The position numbers and the translations under genes are program-made. The notes under the pieces were generated by a model. It was not told the origin of the DNA. It saw only the letters and a program-made list of their open reading frames with translations, and made no database searches. Source: Aulosira sp. ZfuVER01 (lineage in GTDB: Bacteria > Cyanobacteriota > Cyanobacteriia > Cyanobacteriales > Nostocaceae). Taken from it: DNA of 64,000 nt. Of this stretch, positions 43,162 through 53,390 are shown piece by piece; the first letter of the stretch is position 1; every line of letters starts with the position of its first letter. Location of the stretch: NCBI GenBank assembly GCA_034530615.2, contig JAVRCV020000059.1, forward strand, positions 32,001 through 96,000, given 5' to 3'.

Positions 43162-43328
43162 TCTAAAGTATCTTTCCTCTGCCAAAGGGGAGAATTTAAG
43201 CATTAATTAATAATAGTTAATCATTGTCTAAAAGGCTTAAATATAGCTCACGATAGGGAACAAAATTGATGAATTTCTCAAAAATATTCACTGTCTTTAC
43301 CCGTGTATGAATTGGTAATAATGTTAAG

Positions 43329-43949
43329 ATGACTACTGATTCTCAGTTTTACGACCGTTCTCGCTGGCAAATTCCTCAAGATTTAGCAGATGGAATGGAT
43401 AAGCATACCAATGAATCAACGGGTGCTATGGATGATATGGTGAAGCGCGATCGCTTCGAGTTATTAAGTGCTTACCTCGATGGAGAGGTAACAGCTGCCG
43501 AACGTAGACAAGTAGAAGAATGGCTGGCAAACGATGCCTCCGTTAAATGCTTGTATGCTCGATTGTTAAAGCTAAGGCAAGGCTTGCAAACTATGCCAGT
43601 GCCAGCCACCGAACAGCCTCTAGAAAAAACAGTCCAGCAGGTTATGGCACGTTTACATCGCCGTACCCAGTTAGCTTGGGCATTTGGAGGTGCTGCTGTT
43701 GCGGCTTGTGTTATTGGCTCATTAGCCGGGATCATTCCTGGTGGTGATACCAGAAACCTGCAACTAGCGCAAAATAGAATCGAGCCAACACAAACACTGC
43801 CAGAACCTGCTGCTGTTCCAGCATCACCGCTGATGGTTGCCTTAAATAATCCTGTAATCGAAATTCCTAAAGCAGCAGTGGTCTCTCCAACAAAAACAAG
43901 GCATCACCAACAGCCTAAACAGAGAGAGCTTGAACAGAATTTTAACTAA
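43329..43949 (+). CDS. Anti-sigma factor (RseA-like, SapG-like)
   Basis: FELLSAYLDGE motif, single TM, downstream of sigG. Confidence 0.85.
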   Translation: MTTDSQFYDRSRWQIPQDLADGMDKHTNESTGAMDDMVKRDRFELLSAYLDGEVTAAERRQVEEWLANDASVKCLYARLLKLRQGLQTMPVPATEQPLEKTVQQVMARLHRRTQLAWAFGGAAVAACVIGSLAGIIPGGDTRNLQLAQNRIEPTQTLPEPAAVPASPLMVALNNPVIEIPKAAVVSPTKTRHHQQPKQRELEQNFN

Positions 43950-43954
43950 TGAGT

Positions 43955-44410
43955 TCATAAATCCCACTTTTTGCTTGCTTTTAAACCGCAGCCACTCCAC
44001 CAGCCATCAGCTTGAGGGATACCCCCTAGCTGGCTGACTCTTTCAAGCGACATGAAGTAAACCCAAGCAAAACCCAAGGATAGCCCTTGCAAATTGTAGA
44101 TCCCAATTTGCTGTCGATTGTAGAGATTTTCTGATAAATCTCGATGAGGCTGGTAATCTTCCAGTTGATCTAGCTGACTTAAAATATCTAAGTCAGCGAA
44201 TGAGAGTAAATATCCTTGGACTTGGCTATTTCCCAATGTCATGGCTGGATAACCCATCGGCAGGGCAAACAGTTTACCCAAAGCTATAGCTCTTTTGCTA
44301 TCCAGCACTTTACCAGCACAATATCTTTTATAATTAGCTTCACCTGGTTTGAGAGTGCCGTAGACAAAAATACGCACTTTACCAGAAACTTTTATTTTTA
44401 ATTCAGTCAT
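43955..44410 (-). CDS. Gamma-glutamylcyclotransferase family protein
   Basis: IFVYGTLK, GYPAM, LDQLE motifs. Confidence 0.88.
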   Translation of the reverse strand: MTELKIKVSGKVRIFVYGTLKPGEANYKRYCAGKVLDSKRAIALGKLFALPMGYPAMTLGNSQVQGYLLSFADLDILSQLDQLEDYQPHRDLSENLYNRQQIGIYNLQGLSLGFAWVYFMSLERVSQLGGIPQADGWWSGCGLKASKKWDL

Positions 44411-44496
44411 AGCTTATTTTAACCAACTGAATTTGTTTGCCTACCATCTACAATATGTAGGCAGACACAGACAAGATTGCAGTAGGAGCGTTTTTG

Positions 44497-47124
44497 GTGG
44501 ATTCCCGATATAACCCAGCAGCAATTGAGGAAAAATGGCAAAAAGCATGGGCAGAACTTGGTTTAGATAAAACACTGATAGATAGCGATAAGCCAAAATT
44601 CTACGCTTTGTCCATGTTCCCTTACCCATCGGGCAGCCTACACATGGGTCACGTTCGTAATTATACAATTACTGATGTGATAGCTCGTCTCAAGCGAATG
44701 CAAGGTTATCGGGTATTGCATCCAATGGGTTGGGATGCTTTTGGCTTGCCAGCAGAAAACGCTGCTATTGACCGTGGTGTACCACCAGCTAAGTGGACTT
44801 ATCAAAATATTGCCCAGATGCGACAGCAATTGCAGCGTCTTGGTTTGTCTATTGACTGGAATAGCGAATTAGCTACCTGTTCGCCAGACTATTACAAGTG
44901 GACACAATGGATTTTCTTGCAGTTTTTGCAAGCGGGTTTAGCTTACCAAAAAGAAGCAGCCGTTAATTGGGACCCCATCGATCAAACTGTATTGGCAAAC
45001 GAGCAAGTTGATAACGAAGGGCGTTCCTGGCGTAGTGGCGCAAAAGTTGAGCGTAAACTCTTACGGCAGTGGTTTTTCAAGATTACTGATTATGCTGAAG
45101 AATTACTCAATGACCTCGATAAATTGACAGGGTGGCCAGAACGTGTGAAGTTGATGCAGGCCAACTGGATTGGTAAATCAACAGGTGCGTACCTGGAATT
45201 TCCCATTGTTGGGTTGGATGAAAAAATTAGTGTTTACACTACACGTCCGGATACAGTTTATGGTGTGAGCTACTTGGTATTAGCACCAGAACATCCCTTA
45301 ACAAAGCGTGTTACTAAAAAAGAACAGCAAGCAGCCGTAGAAACTTTTGTGCAAGAAGTTGCCAATCAAAGTGAGTTGGAACGTACTGCTGAAGATAAAC
45401 CTAAGCGAGGCATTCCTACAGGTGGTAAAGCAATTAACCCATTTACAGGGGAAGAACTGCCTATCTGGATTGCTGATTATGTACTATATGAGTATGGTAC
45501 TGGGGCAGTTATGGGTGTACCTGCCCATGATGCGCGAGATTTCAAGTTTGCCAATAAATATAATTTGCCGATTGAGTTTGTGATTGTCGAACCAGAGGCA
45601 GTTGCAGATAAAGATTTAAGCGCCACAATATCTGATGAAGATGGTGAAGTCTTTAATATCATCCAGGTTGAATACAACGAGGCGTATACAGAACCGGGAA
45701 TTTTAATTAACTCTGGTCATTTTAGTGGCATGGCTTCCACAGATGCCAAGCAAGCGATAGTAGAATATGCCGAACAACAAGGTTTTGGTAAAGCGCGAGT
45801 GCAATACCGCTTGCGAGATTGGCTGATTTCACGACAACGGTATTGGGGTGCGCCCATACCAGTAATTCACTGTCCAAACTGTGGGATAGTACCAGTCCCA
45901 GATAAAGATTTACCCGTGGAGTTGCCAGAAGAAGTCGAATTTACTGGACGCGGCGGTTCACCTTTAACTCAGTTAGAAAGCTGGGTGAATGTGCCCTGTC
46001 CCACTTGTGGTACTCCAGCGAAGCGGGAAACTGACACGATGGATACCTTTATTGATTCCTCCTGGTATTTCTTGCGGTTTACGGATGCCAAGAACGAACA
46101 GCAGGTGTTTGATTCGAGTAAAACTAATGACTGGATGCCAGTAGATCAATATGTGGGTGGCATTGAACACGCGATTTTGCATTTGTTGTATTCGCGGTTC
46201 TTTACTAAAGTGCTGCGAGATAGAGGCTTGTTGAACTTTGATGAACCTTTTCAACGTTTGTTGACTCAAGGGATGGTGCAGGGTTTAACTTACATGAATC
46301 CCAACAAGGGGGGTAAAGATAAATGGATTCCTTCACATTTAGTAGACTCTGCTAACCCCCGCGACCCCCAAACAGGTGAACCGTTACAACGCCTGTATGC
46401 TACTATGTCCAAATCCAAAGGTAACGGTGTCGCACCAGAAGACGTAATTAGCAAATACGGTATAGACACAGCGCGAATGTTCATCTTGTTTAAAGCGCCA
46501 CCGGAAAAAGACTTGGAATGGGATGAAGCTGATGTAGAAGGACAATTCCGCTTTTTGAATCGGGTTTGGCGCTTAGTGACAGATTATATTGCTGCTGGGG
46601 TATCCCAAAAGCAAGCCGATATTTCAAACTTGACTAAAGCGGAAAAGGAATTGCGACGGGCAATTCACACTGCGATCCAAGCAGTTACAGAAGATGTGGA
46701 AGACGAATATCAATTCAACACGGCTATTTCTGAATTGATGAAGTTGAGTAACGCATTAACTGATGCTAGCTGCAAAGATTCACCAATTTATGCTGAAGGG
46801 ATTCAGACTTTAGTAGTCTTGCTAGCCCCCTTTGCACCACACATTGCTGACGAGTTGTGGCATTTATTGGGTAATAGCAATTCTGTACACACTCAAACTT
46901 GGCCGTCTTTTGACCCTGCTGCCTTAGTAGCTGATGAAATTACTTTAGTAATTCAAATTATGGGCAAAACTCGTGGTGCAATTCAAGTGCCATCGCAAGC
47001 CGATAAAGCTGCCTTAGAAAAATATGCCAGAGAATCTGAAGTTGCCCAACGTTACATAGAAGGAAAAGAAATTAAAAAAGTGATTGTGGTGCCTGGGAAG
47101 TTGGTAAATTTTGTTATCGGCTAA
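44497..47124 (+). CDS. leuS: Leucine--tRNA ligase
   Basis: MFPYPSG.LHMGH (HIGH), TMSKS (KMSKS-like), [14 protein letters not shown] start. Confidence 0.98.
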   Translation: MDSRYNPAAIEEKWQKAWAELGLDKTLIDSDKPKFYALSMFPYPSGSLHMGHVRNYTITDVIARLKRMQGYRVLHPMGWDAFGLPAENAAIDRGVPPAKWTYQNIAQMRQQLQRLGLSIDWNSELATCSPDYYKWTQWIFLQFLQAGLAYQKEAAVNWDPIDQTVLANEQVDNEGRSWRSGAKVERKLLRQWFFKITDYAEELLNDLDKLTGWPERVKLMQANWIGKSTGAYLEFPIVGLDEKISVYTTRPDTVYGVSYLVLAPEHPLTKRVTKKEQQAAVETFVQEVANQSELERTAEDKPKRGIPTGGKAINPFTGEELPIWIADYVLYEYGTGAVMGVPAHDARDFKFANKYNLPIEFVIVEPEAVADKDLSATISDEDGEVFNIIQVEYNEAYTEPGILINSGHFSGMASTDAKQAIVEYAEQQGFGKARVQYRLRDWLISRQRYWGAPIPVIHCPNCGIVPVPDKDLPVELPEEVEFTGRGGSPLTQLESWVNVPCPTCGTPAKRETDTMDTFIDSSWYFLRFTDAKNEQQVFDSSKTNDWMPVDQYVGGIEHAILHLLYSRFFTKVLRDRGLLNFDEPFQRLLTQGMVQGLTYMNPNKGGKDKWIPSHLVDSANPRDPQTGEPLQRLYATMSKSKGNGVAPEDVISKYGIDTARMFILFKAPPEKDLEWDEADVEGQFRFLNRVWRLVTDYIAAGVSQKQADISNLTKAEKELRRAIHTAIQAVTEDVEDEYQFNTAISELMKLSNALTDASCKDSPIYAEGIQTLVVLLAPFAPHIADELWHLLGNSNSVHTQTWPSFDPAALVADEITLVIQIMGKTRGAIQVPSQADKAALEKYARESEVAQRYIEGKEIKKVIVVPGKLVNFVIG

Positions 47125-47162
47125 GGGCAGTAAAAATACTCTAAGGATTTGCGAGAGATTCA

Positions 47163-47193
47163 GATTCTCGACTTTTCTACAAAGTCGGGAATC
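47163..47193. repeat. Palindromic hairpin after leuS
   Basis: GATTCTCGACTTT-TCTAC-AAAGTCGGGAATC. Confidence 0.55.
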
Positions 47194-47587
47194 TTACTAC
47201 CCAGCAAAGCACTAAAAATGTTGGGTTACTCTACCAGAAGCCTCCGCTCAACCCAACCTTGGATATTGGGTAAAGCTACTTCAAACTGTCCGTCGTCTAA
47301 TTGAAACGGTAATTGGACAACTTAGCTTTACGTTTTAATATCGAAAAAGTCTAGGCCAGAGATATATGGCATTTGACGAGTCGTTTTAATCGCAAATCGC
47401 AAACTGTTGGCTCACACTGTTTGTGTCTGGTTAAATCGTTTGTTTGGTTTGGAACCATTATAGTTTGATGGTCTAGTGAGACAATACAATAAGTTGCACA
47501 TCGCATTAGATCTAGATCGCAGGAAATTACTGAATGCATTTTGTCTTTTACACCTGCGATCGGTCATAACATATCATCTTTAGGAAT

Positions 47588-47697
47588 ATTTGTACACTGC
47601 AAATAGAAAGATGATCTCTAAGAAGAGTATGTCTAAATTATGTATATATGGTAAACACCTGGTATATCTGGAGGCTTGGTCTTAGCCGAGCCTTTTT
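47588..47697 (+). ncRNA. Putative sRNA transcription unit, copy 1 of 3
   Basis: GAGTATGTCTAAATTA (-10 TAAATT at 47634) then AGGCTTGG/CCGAGCCT-T tract terminator. Confidence 0.55.
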
Positions 47698-47798
47698 CAT
47701 ATATTTAGTATACAAGTATGTAAGTATATGCTTATATGCTGACAATTTTTCAGATAGCTATGATCTTCAGCAAGTAGTTTCCTAGCAGTTTTTGGCAT

Positions 47799-47911
47799 AT
47801 TTGGATACATCCCCTAGGATGATGCTCTGTGATGAGAGTAGGTCTAAATTAATTTAGTACGTTGTTAAGCACAGCAATGATCGAGGTTTGGCTCGCGACC
47901 AAACCTTTTTT
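47799..47911 (+). ncRNA. Putative sRNA transcription unit, copy 2 of 3
   Basis: CATCC-CCTA-GGATG, GAGTAGGTCTAAATTA, AGGTTTGG/CCAAACCT-T tract. Confidence 0.55.
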
Positions 47912-47949
47912 CTTCAGCAATAAGATCACTTTTTATCAGTCTTGAGGCG

Positions 47950-48059
47950 ATTTGCACACATCCTCTAGGATGATGAAGTCCAAGCCGAGTAAGTCTAAAT
48001 TAAGCTTGGTGTAGTAAATGCTTGGTATACATAGAGGCTTGGCCAAACCAAGCCTTTTT
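47950..48059 (+). ncRNA. Putative sRNA transcription unit, copy 3 of 3
   Basis: CATCC-TCTA-GGATG, GAGTAAGTCTAAATTA, AGGCTTGG/CCAAGCCT-T tract. Confidence 0.55.
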
Positions 48060-48344
48060 CTTGTGTACTTGTGTCGAATAACTAATTATTTGTCGTCGTT
48101 AACAGATTGTTATCGTTATTAACGAATTTTGTGTCATTTTAACAAATTATGGACTTGACGACTGAGCAAGATCAATGAGATAAATTCAATGGTGTCGTTA
48201 AAAATTGCCCGGAATCAATTTGATGTCAGAGGGCTTTGAAAATAAATCTGCGGATATTCTAAAAAATTCTCATAATCAGCAAAAGTCAATAGAAGTGGTA
48301 GATATTGGCAATTCAACAGAGTCTAGTGGGGCAATTTGCTGAGA

Positions 48345-48548
48345 TTAAAGACAAACGCAGGCAATAGCAAAGTCAACAGCCTGTAATGCTAGATCATCTT
48401 TATTTTGTAAGTGATTGTAAATTTTTCCTTTCTGCAAACCAGTAACTCGCATAATGTCAGAAATTGATGAGCCAGCATAACCCTGTTGATTAAACAGTTC
48501 GGCTGCTTGTTGAAGAATTTTTGCTTTTGTTTCTTCGCTTTTAGACAT
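48345..48548 (-). pseudogene. Truncated TetR/AcrR regulator (HTH only)
   Basis: KILQQAAELFNQQGYAGSSISDIMRVTGLQKGKIYNHL then stop at 67 aa; no ligand-binding domain. Confidence 0.75.
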
Positions 48549-48734
48549 TAAAACTTTTCCGACTGAGCGGTTTAAGACAGTCTAGTACGATGAATATTGG
48601 AGCATCAAGATGTATATATAAAATTAATTGCGTCTTGCCAATAATTCATTGTCAAGGCGCACAGCTTAATAATTGATTTCTACTTTGGGTTTGAGACTTT
48701 GGATTGTTGATTAAATATCCAATTAATCTAAAAT

Positions 48735-49085
48735 CTATCGCCCGTTCGAGGATCTGATAATTGGGTTTTCTACAGATTCTCTATACTGTTGAACTGCTTC
48801 GGTGTAGCCAATTGGCAGAACAGCTTCAACGTTTTCATGAGGTCTGGGGATAATTACCCATGATTCAAGAGTGCCACCATAAACATTTTCGGCAGCTTCC
48901 ACACCCGCCGCCATAGCGGTCTTGACTTCAGAAACATCACCACGAATATTCACTGTAAAACGAGCGCTACCCACTCTGATATAACCAACAAGGGTAACTC
49001 GACCTGCTTTTACCATTGCATCTGCTGCTGCTAGTACAGCAGGAAAACCCTTAGTCTCTAATGCTCCAACTGCCTGTAATGACAT
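48735..49085 (-). CDS. ccmK4: Carboxysome shell protein CcmK4
   Basis: BMC domain [26 protein letters not shown]; second gene of the K3/K4 pair. Confidence 0.9.
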   Translation of the reverse strand: MSLQAVGALETKGFPAVLAAADAMVKAGRVTLVGYIRVGSARFTVNIRGDVSEVKTAMAAGVEAAENVYGGTLESWVIIPRPHENVEAVLPIGYTEAVQQYRESVENPIIRSSNGR

Positions 49086-49170
49086 TAAAAATCTCCTGTA
49101 TTAGTAAACTTAGGTGGCGCTACAACTTAATTGTACGAAGCTTCGCTACAAATTTTAATGGCGAATTTGC

Positions 49171-49482
49171 TTAGAAGATACGGAAAGATTCAGATTCTTC
49201 AGTGAAGTGAATGGGTAGAATGGTCTCCACATTTTCTGGGGGGTTAGGAACTATATAGTGGGTGATAACTGTACCAGTCTTGACTTGTTCTCCCGCAGCA
49301 ATTCCTGCTTCCACAGCTGTTCTAACTTCAGCAACTTGACCTCGAACGGCGACTAATAAGCGAGCGCTTTCCGCTTGACCATAATACACCAGTGTGACTG
49401 CGGCAGATTTTACCATTGCATCTGCCGCTGCCAACACCGAAGGAAAACCTAAAGTTTCAATTACGCCAACCGCCATTGGCAT
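49171..49482 (-). CDS. ccmK3: Carboxysome shell protein CcmK3
   Basis: BMC domain [27 protein letters not shown]...AESAR. Confidence 0.9.
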   Translation of the reverse strand: MPMAVGVIETLGFPSVLAAADAMVKSAAVTLVYYGQAESARLLVAVRGQVAEVRTAVEAGIAAGEQVKTGTVITHYIVPNPPENVETILPIHFTEESESFRIF

Positions 49483-49679
49483 AGCTTAACTCTCCTGAGT
49501 AAAGGATAAGTGATATTAATTGTACGAGGCTTTAGTACCAATTGTTAAATTTTGCTCAATTTTCTTGGATGCTATTCAATAGGCAATAGTCATTTGTCAA
49601 GAGTCAACAGTTATTAGTTATTTCTCCCTCATCCCCCTTGCCCTCCCTATTGTCCAGACAATACGGTAAACTAAGGTTT

Positions 49680-50582
49680 ATGTTTCCGAATTTTTTACCT
49701 ACAGCAGTTGGGCAACTGAGAGAACCCGCTGCGATCGCACTAGCTCAGAGCATACAATCTCAAGCGATCGCTACTCCTCTAACTAATCAACCAATCGCTA
49801 CAACCTATGTACAGCAAGGTAGTGGTGGTACACCAATTTTATTAATTCATGGCTTTGATAGTTCTGTCTTGGAATTTCGGCGTCTTCTACCACTGTTGGC
49901 AGGAGATAATGAAACTTGGGCAGTGGATTTATTAGGTTTTGGTTTTACAGATAGATCTGCCGACATTGACTATAGCCCCACCGCAATTAAAACCCATCTT
50001 TATTATTTCTGGAAAACTCTAATTAACCAACCTGTAATTTTGGTAGGTGCTTCGATGGGGGGTGCAGCAGCGATTGATTTTACACTCACCTATCCAGAAG
50101 TGGTGAAAAAACTAGTGTTAATGGATAGTGCGGGTTTAAAGGGAGGTTCACCCTTAAGTAGATTGATGTTTCCGCCTTTGGATTATTTAGCCACAGAGTT
50201 TTTGCGCAGTCCCAAAGTCCGCGATCGCGTTTCCCGTGCTGCTTATAAAAGTCAACAACTTGTCTCTAGCGATGCTGTAGATTGTGGAGCCTTACATCTG
50301 CAAATGCCAAGCTGGGGTAAGGCTGTGATTGCTTTCACTAAAAGTGGTGGTTATAAAGCTTTTAGATTTAAAAAGTTAGCACAAATTGTCCAACCAACGC
50401 TGATTTTGTGGGGTGATGCCGATAAGATTTTAGGTACTAAAGATGCTCCCAGATTTAAACGAGCAATTCCCCCCAGTAAACTTATCTGGATTAAAGATTG
50501 TGGTCATCTTCCACATTTAGAACAACCACAAATTACCGCCCAGCATATTTTAGAATTTTGCGGTGAACCAACAATAAATTGA
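49680..50582 (+). CDS. Alpha/beta fold hydrolase
   Basis: LIHGFDSS, GASMGG nucleophile elbow, CGHLPH. Confidence 0.9.
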   Translation: MFPNFLPTAVGQLREPAAIALAQSIQSQAIATPLTNQPIATTYVQQGSGGTPILLIHGFDSSVLEFRRLLPLLAGDNETWAVDLLGFGFTDRSADIDYSPTAIKTHLYYFWKTLINQPVILVGASMGGAAAIDFTLTYPEVVKKLVLMDSAGLKGGSPLSRLMFPPLDYLATEFLRSPKVRDRVSRAAYKSQQLVSSDAVDCGALHLQMPSWGKAVIAFTKSGGYKAFRFKKLAQIVQPTLILWGDADKILGTKDAPRFKRAIPPSKLIWIKDCGHLPHLEQPQITAQHILEFCGEPTIN

Positions 50583-50864
50583 GATATTGGCAGAACCACC
50601 AATTAAAAAGCCCACATTTGTGATTTGCCAAATTTGTAGATCACCGCGATCGCAATTTATTGAGTTTCTTAGCCTACGCAGGTGAGCTTCTATGCTGTCA
50701 GCGTTTCAAAATTAACTGCTCCGACTAAAAAACACCGCCGCAATCACAATTAAACCTAAAAGTACCAAAGGAACCCAGAGATTAGGTAGATCCGATAAAC
50801 TCATTACGCAGCCATTATCAGGGATAATTCCTTTTATACAGCAAGCAGCCTGCACGGAGAACCG

Positions 50865-53390
50865 ATGATGACATCTCCAGATACAGCAATTTGGCTACAA
50901 GAACGCACATCTTTAGGAATTCTCTCGCCTGCGGTGTTAGAGGCGATCGCTCAAGTGATGGAAATCCAAGTTGTATCGGAAGGTAGCACCCTAGTGAGCG
51001 AAGGTACTCAGCCAGAAGCACTTTACATTGTCCAAGATGGACACTTGGAAAGCGAAACTAGCAAAACCAACTCCGCTTTACCCCGTGGGTTCCTTCCTGG
51101 AGAAGTCATTAACCTCCAAGAATTACTGTTAGATGAGTTAACTCCATTTACAATTACTACTCTTAACGAATGTCATTTATGGGTGATACCTGCTGAAAAA
51201 TTTCGCGGTTTAGCTACTCAATACTCCGAAATTAATCAGGCTTTTTCTCGGCTGTTGGCGCAAGAATTGGCTGAGGTGACATCTGCTTTAAGCTACCAAC
51301 AAGAACGTACTTTAGCTTTACGTCCATATTTAGTTACTAAGGCGCAACGGGGAATTGTTGGTACAAGTCGCTATGCGGTGCGTCTGCGGGAGCAAATTCG
51401 CGAAGCCGCAAGCGATCGCTTGTCGGTAGAAATTTTTGGCGAACCAGGTTTAGAAAAAGATAATATCGCGGCTCTCATTCACTTTAGTTCCCCCAAGCGG
51501 CGAGAACCAATTATTAAAATAAATTGCGGGATTCTCCAAACCAGTGGTGCAGATTTATTTGGTCGGGCTGGCGGGAAACCCGGACTTTTAGAATGGTTAG
51601 GGGAAGGCACTTTAGTTCTGAATAATATCCAAGAATTGCCCCCAGAGTTATTACCAGCAGTAGCGCAGTTAGTTCAAAAAGATACATATACTCCTGTAAC
51701 TCGTGCTGGAGAACCAAAAGCTGAACCTCGTACTAGTAGAGCCAGGATTTTAATTGTCTCCGAAAGAACTCAGTCAACGATCGAACGCTGCGTTGGTCAT
51801 GTAATTAAAGTGCCACCACTACGGGTACGCAAAGCTGATATTAAAGCTCAGGTAGAATATTACACCAGTCTCTACAGCCGTGCGCGCGGTCTTGCTAAAC
51901 CGCATATTACCCCCGAAGCCTTGCGTCGTTTGCAAGCTTATGATTTCCCTGGCAATCTCAAAGAATTGAAGAATTTGGTAGAAAGAGCGATTGTTCAGGC
52001 GGGAAATGGGAAAGAACTCACAGAAGAAATCTTTTGGTCAGCCGAACCGAAGAAAAAGCAATTTCGCGTTAATTTATTAAATGCCTATCCTCGGTTGCGG
52101 CGGTTTTTGCGTAGTGACTGGTGGCCCGATCGCATTAATTATGGTTTTACCTTTGCAGCCTTTGCTTTTTTGGTAGGTGTGTTGTTTATTGGCCCGCAAA
52201 CACGCGATCGCAATTTTGCTTTAAATCTATTTTGGGCTTGGTGGTGGCCGTTCTTCCTGTTTCTCTTTCCCTTTTTAGGGCGTATCTGGTGTTCAGTCTG
52301 CCCCTTCATGATTTACGGTGAAATTACGCAGAAGTTATCTCTGTGGTTGTTTCCTCGGCAACTCAAGCGCTGGCCGAGGGAGAAAGCTGAGAAATGGGGC
52401 GGCTGGTTTTTATTTGGGCTATTTACCCTAATTTTCTTATGGGAAGAATTGTGGCACTTAGAAAATACAGCTTACCTCTCCGCTTGCTTGCTTTTATTAA
52501 TCACCGCCGGAGCAATGATTTTCTCTGCGATTTTTGAACGGCGGTTTTGGTGTCGTTATCTCTGTCCCATCGGCGGGATGAATGGTTTATTTGCCAAACT
52601 CTCAATGACTGAACTGCGGGCGCAGCAGGGTATCTGTTCTGCAAGTTGCACAACTTATCAATGCTATAAAGGCGGGCCGCAAAAAGGCGAAGGGATGGAA
52701 ACTAACGGCTGTCCTTTATACTCACACCCTGCACAGTTAGAAGATAACAGAGATTGTGTTTTGTGTATGACTTGCCTCAAAGCCTGTCCCCATCGTTCCG
52801 TCGAATTTAACTTGCGTCCCCCAGGAATTGAACTTTGGACAACTCATGTACCCCGCAGCTACGAAGTTGCACTGTTATTTTTAATGTTGGGTGGTGTATA
52901 TCTGCATCGTTTACCAGAATTGCAAGCTTGGTTAGGGCTAAACCTAGATTTAAATATTTTTTGGCAGCACTTAGGATTATCGCTGCTGGCTTTGCTGATT
53001 CCCGTAGCCATTCCCTTTGCTGCATACACGTTAATGCAACTATTGAATTTTGGACGTAAACCCAAAAGATTTATTGAACTTGCTTACGGCTACCTACCAT
53101 TGGTGTTAGGAGCTAACTTAGCCCACTATCTGCGTTTAGGGTTAGGCGAAGGAGGGCGCATTTTACCTGTGGCTTTTGCTACCTTTGGGTTGCATAGCGA
53201 GCAGTTACCTGTATTAGTAGCGCATCCCGCCGTAATTGCCTTTTTGCAAGGTAGTACCCTCATCTTTTCCGTACTTCTTACAATAGTGTTAACTCAAAAA
53301 ATTGCGCGACAACCATTTAAGGTGATGCTTTGGCAACATCTAGCAGCGATCGCTTTAGCTGTTAGTATGTGGGCAATTATTGTGTTGTAA
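50865..53390 (+). CDS. cNMP-binding + degenerate sigma54-activator-like AAA+ + membrane 4Fe-4S (NapH-like) protein
   Basis: cNMP-like N-terminus; GEPGLEKD, YDFPGNLKELKN; WCSVCP, WCRYLCP, CVLCMTCLKACP; multiple TMs. Confidence 0.85.
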   Translation: MMTSPDTAIWLQERTSLGILSPAVLEAIAQVMEIQVVSEGSTLVSEGTQPEALYIVQDGHLESETSKTNSALPRGFLPGEVINLQELLLDELTPFTITTLNECHLWVIPAEKFRGLATQYSEINQAFSRLLAQELAEVTSALSYQQERTLALRPYLVTKAQRGIVGTSRYAVRLREQIREAASDRLSVEIFGEPGLEKDNIAALIHFSSPKRREPIIKINCGILQTSGADLFGRAGGKPGLLEWLGEGTLVLNNIQELPPELLPAVAQLVQKDTYTPVTRAGEPKAEPRTSRARILIVSERTQSTIERCVGHVIKVPPLRVRKADIKAQVEYYTSLYSRARGLAKPHITPEALRRLQAYDFPGNLKELKNLVERAIVQAGNGKELTEEIFWSAEPKKKQFRVNLLNAYPRLRRFLRSDWWPDRINYGFTFAAFAFLVGVLFIGPQTRDRNFALNLFWAWWWPFFLFLFPFLGRIWCSVCPFMIYGEITQKLSLWLFPRQLKRWPREKAEKWGGWFLFGLFTLIFLWEELWHLENTAYLSACLLLLITAGAMIFSAIFERRFWCRYLCPIGGMNGLFAKLSMTELRAQQGICSASCTTYQCYKGGPQKGEGMETNGCPLYSHPAQLEDNRDCVLCMTCLKACPHRSVEFNLRPPGIELWTTHVPRSYEVALLFLMLGGVYLHRLPELQAWLGLNLDLNIFWQHLGLSLLALLIPVAIPFAAYTLMQLLNFGRKPKRFIELAYGYLPLVLGANLAHYLRLGLGEGGRILPVAFATFGLHSEQLPVLVAHPAVIAFLQGSTLIFSVLLTIVLTQKIARQPFKVMLWQHLAAIALAVSMWAIIVL

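Noticed and set aside
47351..47539. 62-aa ORF downstream of leuS
   Set aside because: No RBS or recognisable motif, and atypical composition.
47625..48001. SigG-dependent promoters for the sRNA units (GTCTAA resembles the ECF -10)
   Set aside because: No GGAAC/GAAC -35 element at 16-17 nt spacing in any unit.
47588..48059. CRISPR array or small-peptide genes
   Set aside because: Units are degenerate and unevenly spaced (211 and 151 bp), no cas genes are nearby, and no ORF is conserved across all three units.
48735..49482. Novel microcompartment locus
   Set aside because: An ordinary satellite ccmK3-ccmK4 pair of beta-cyanobacteria.
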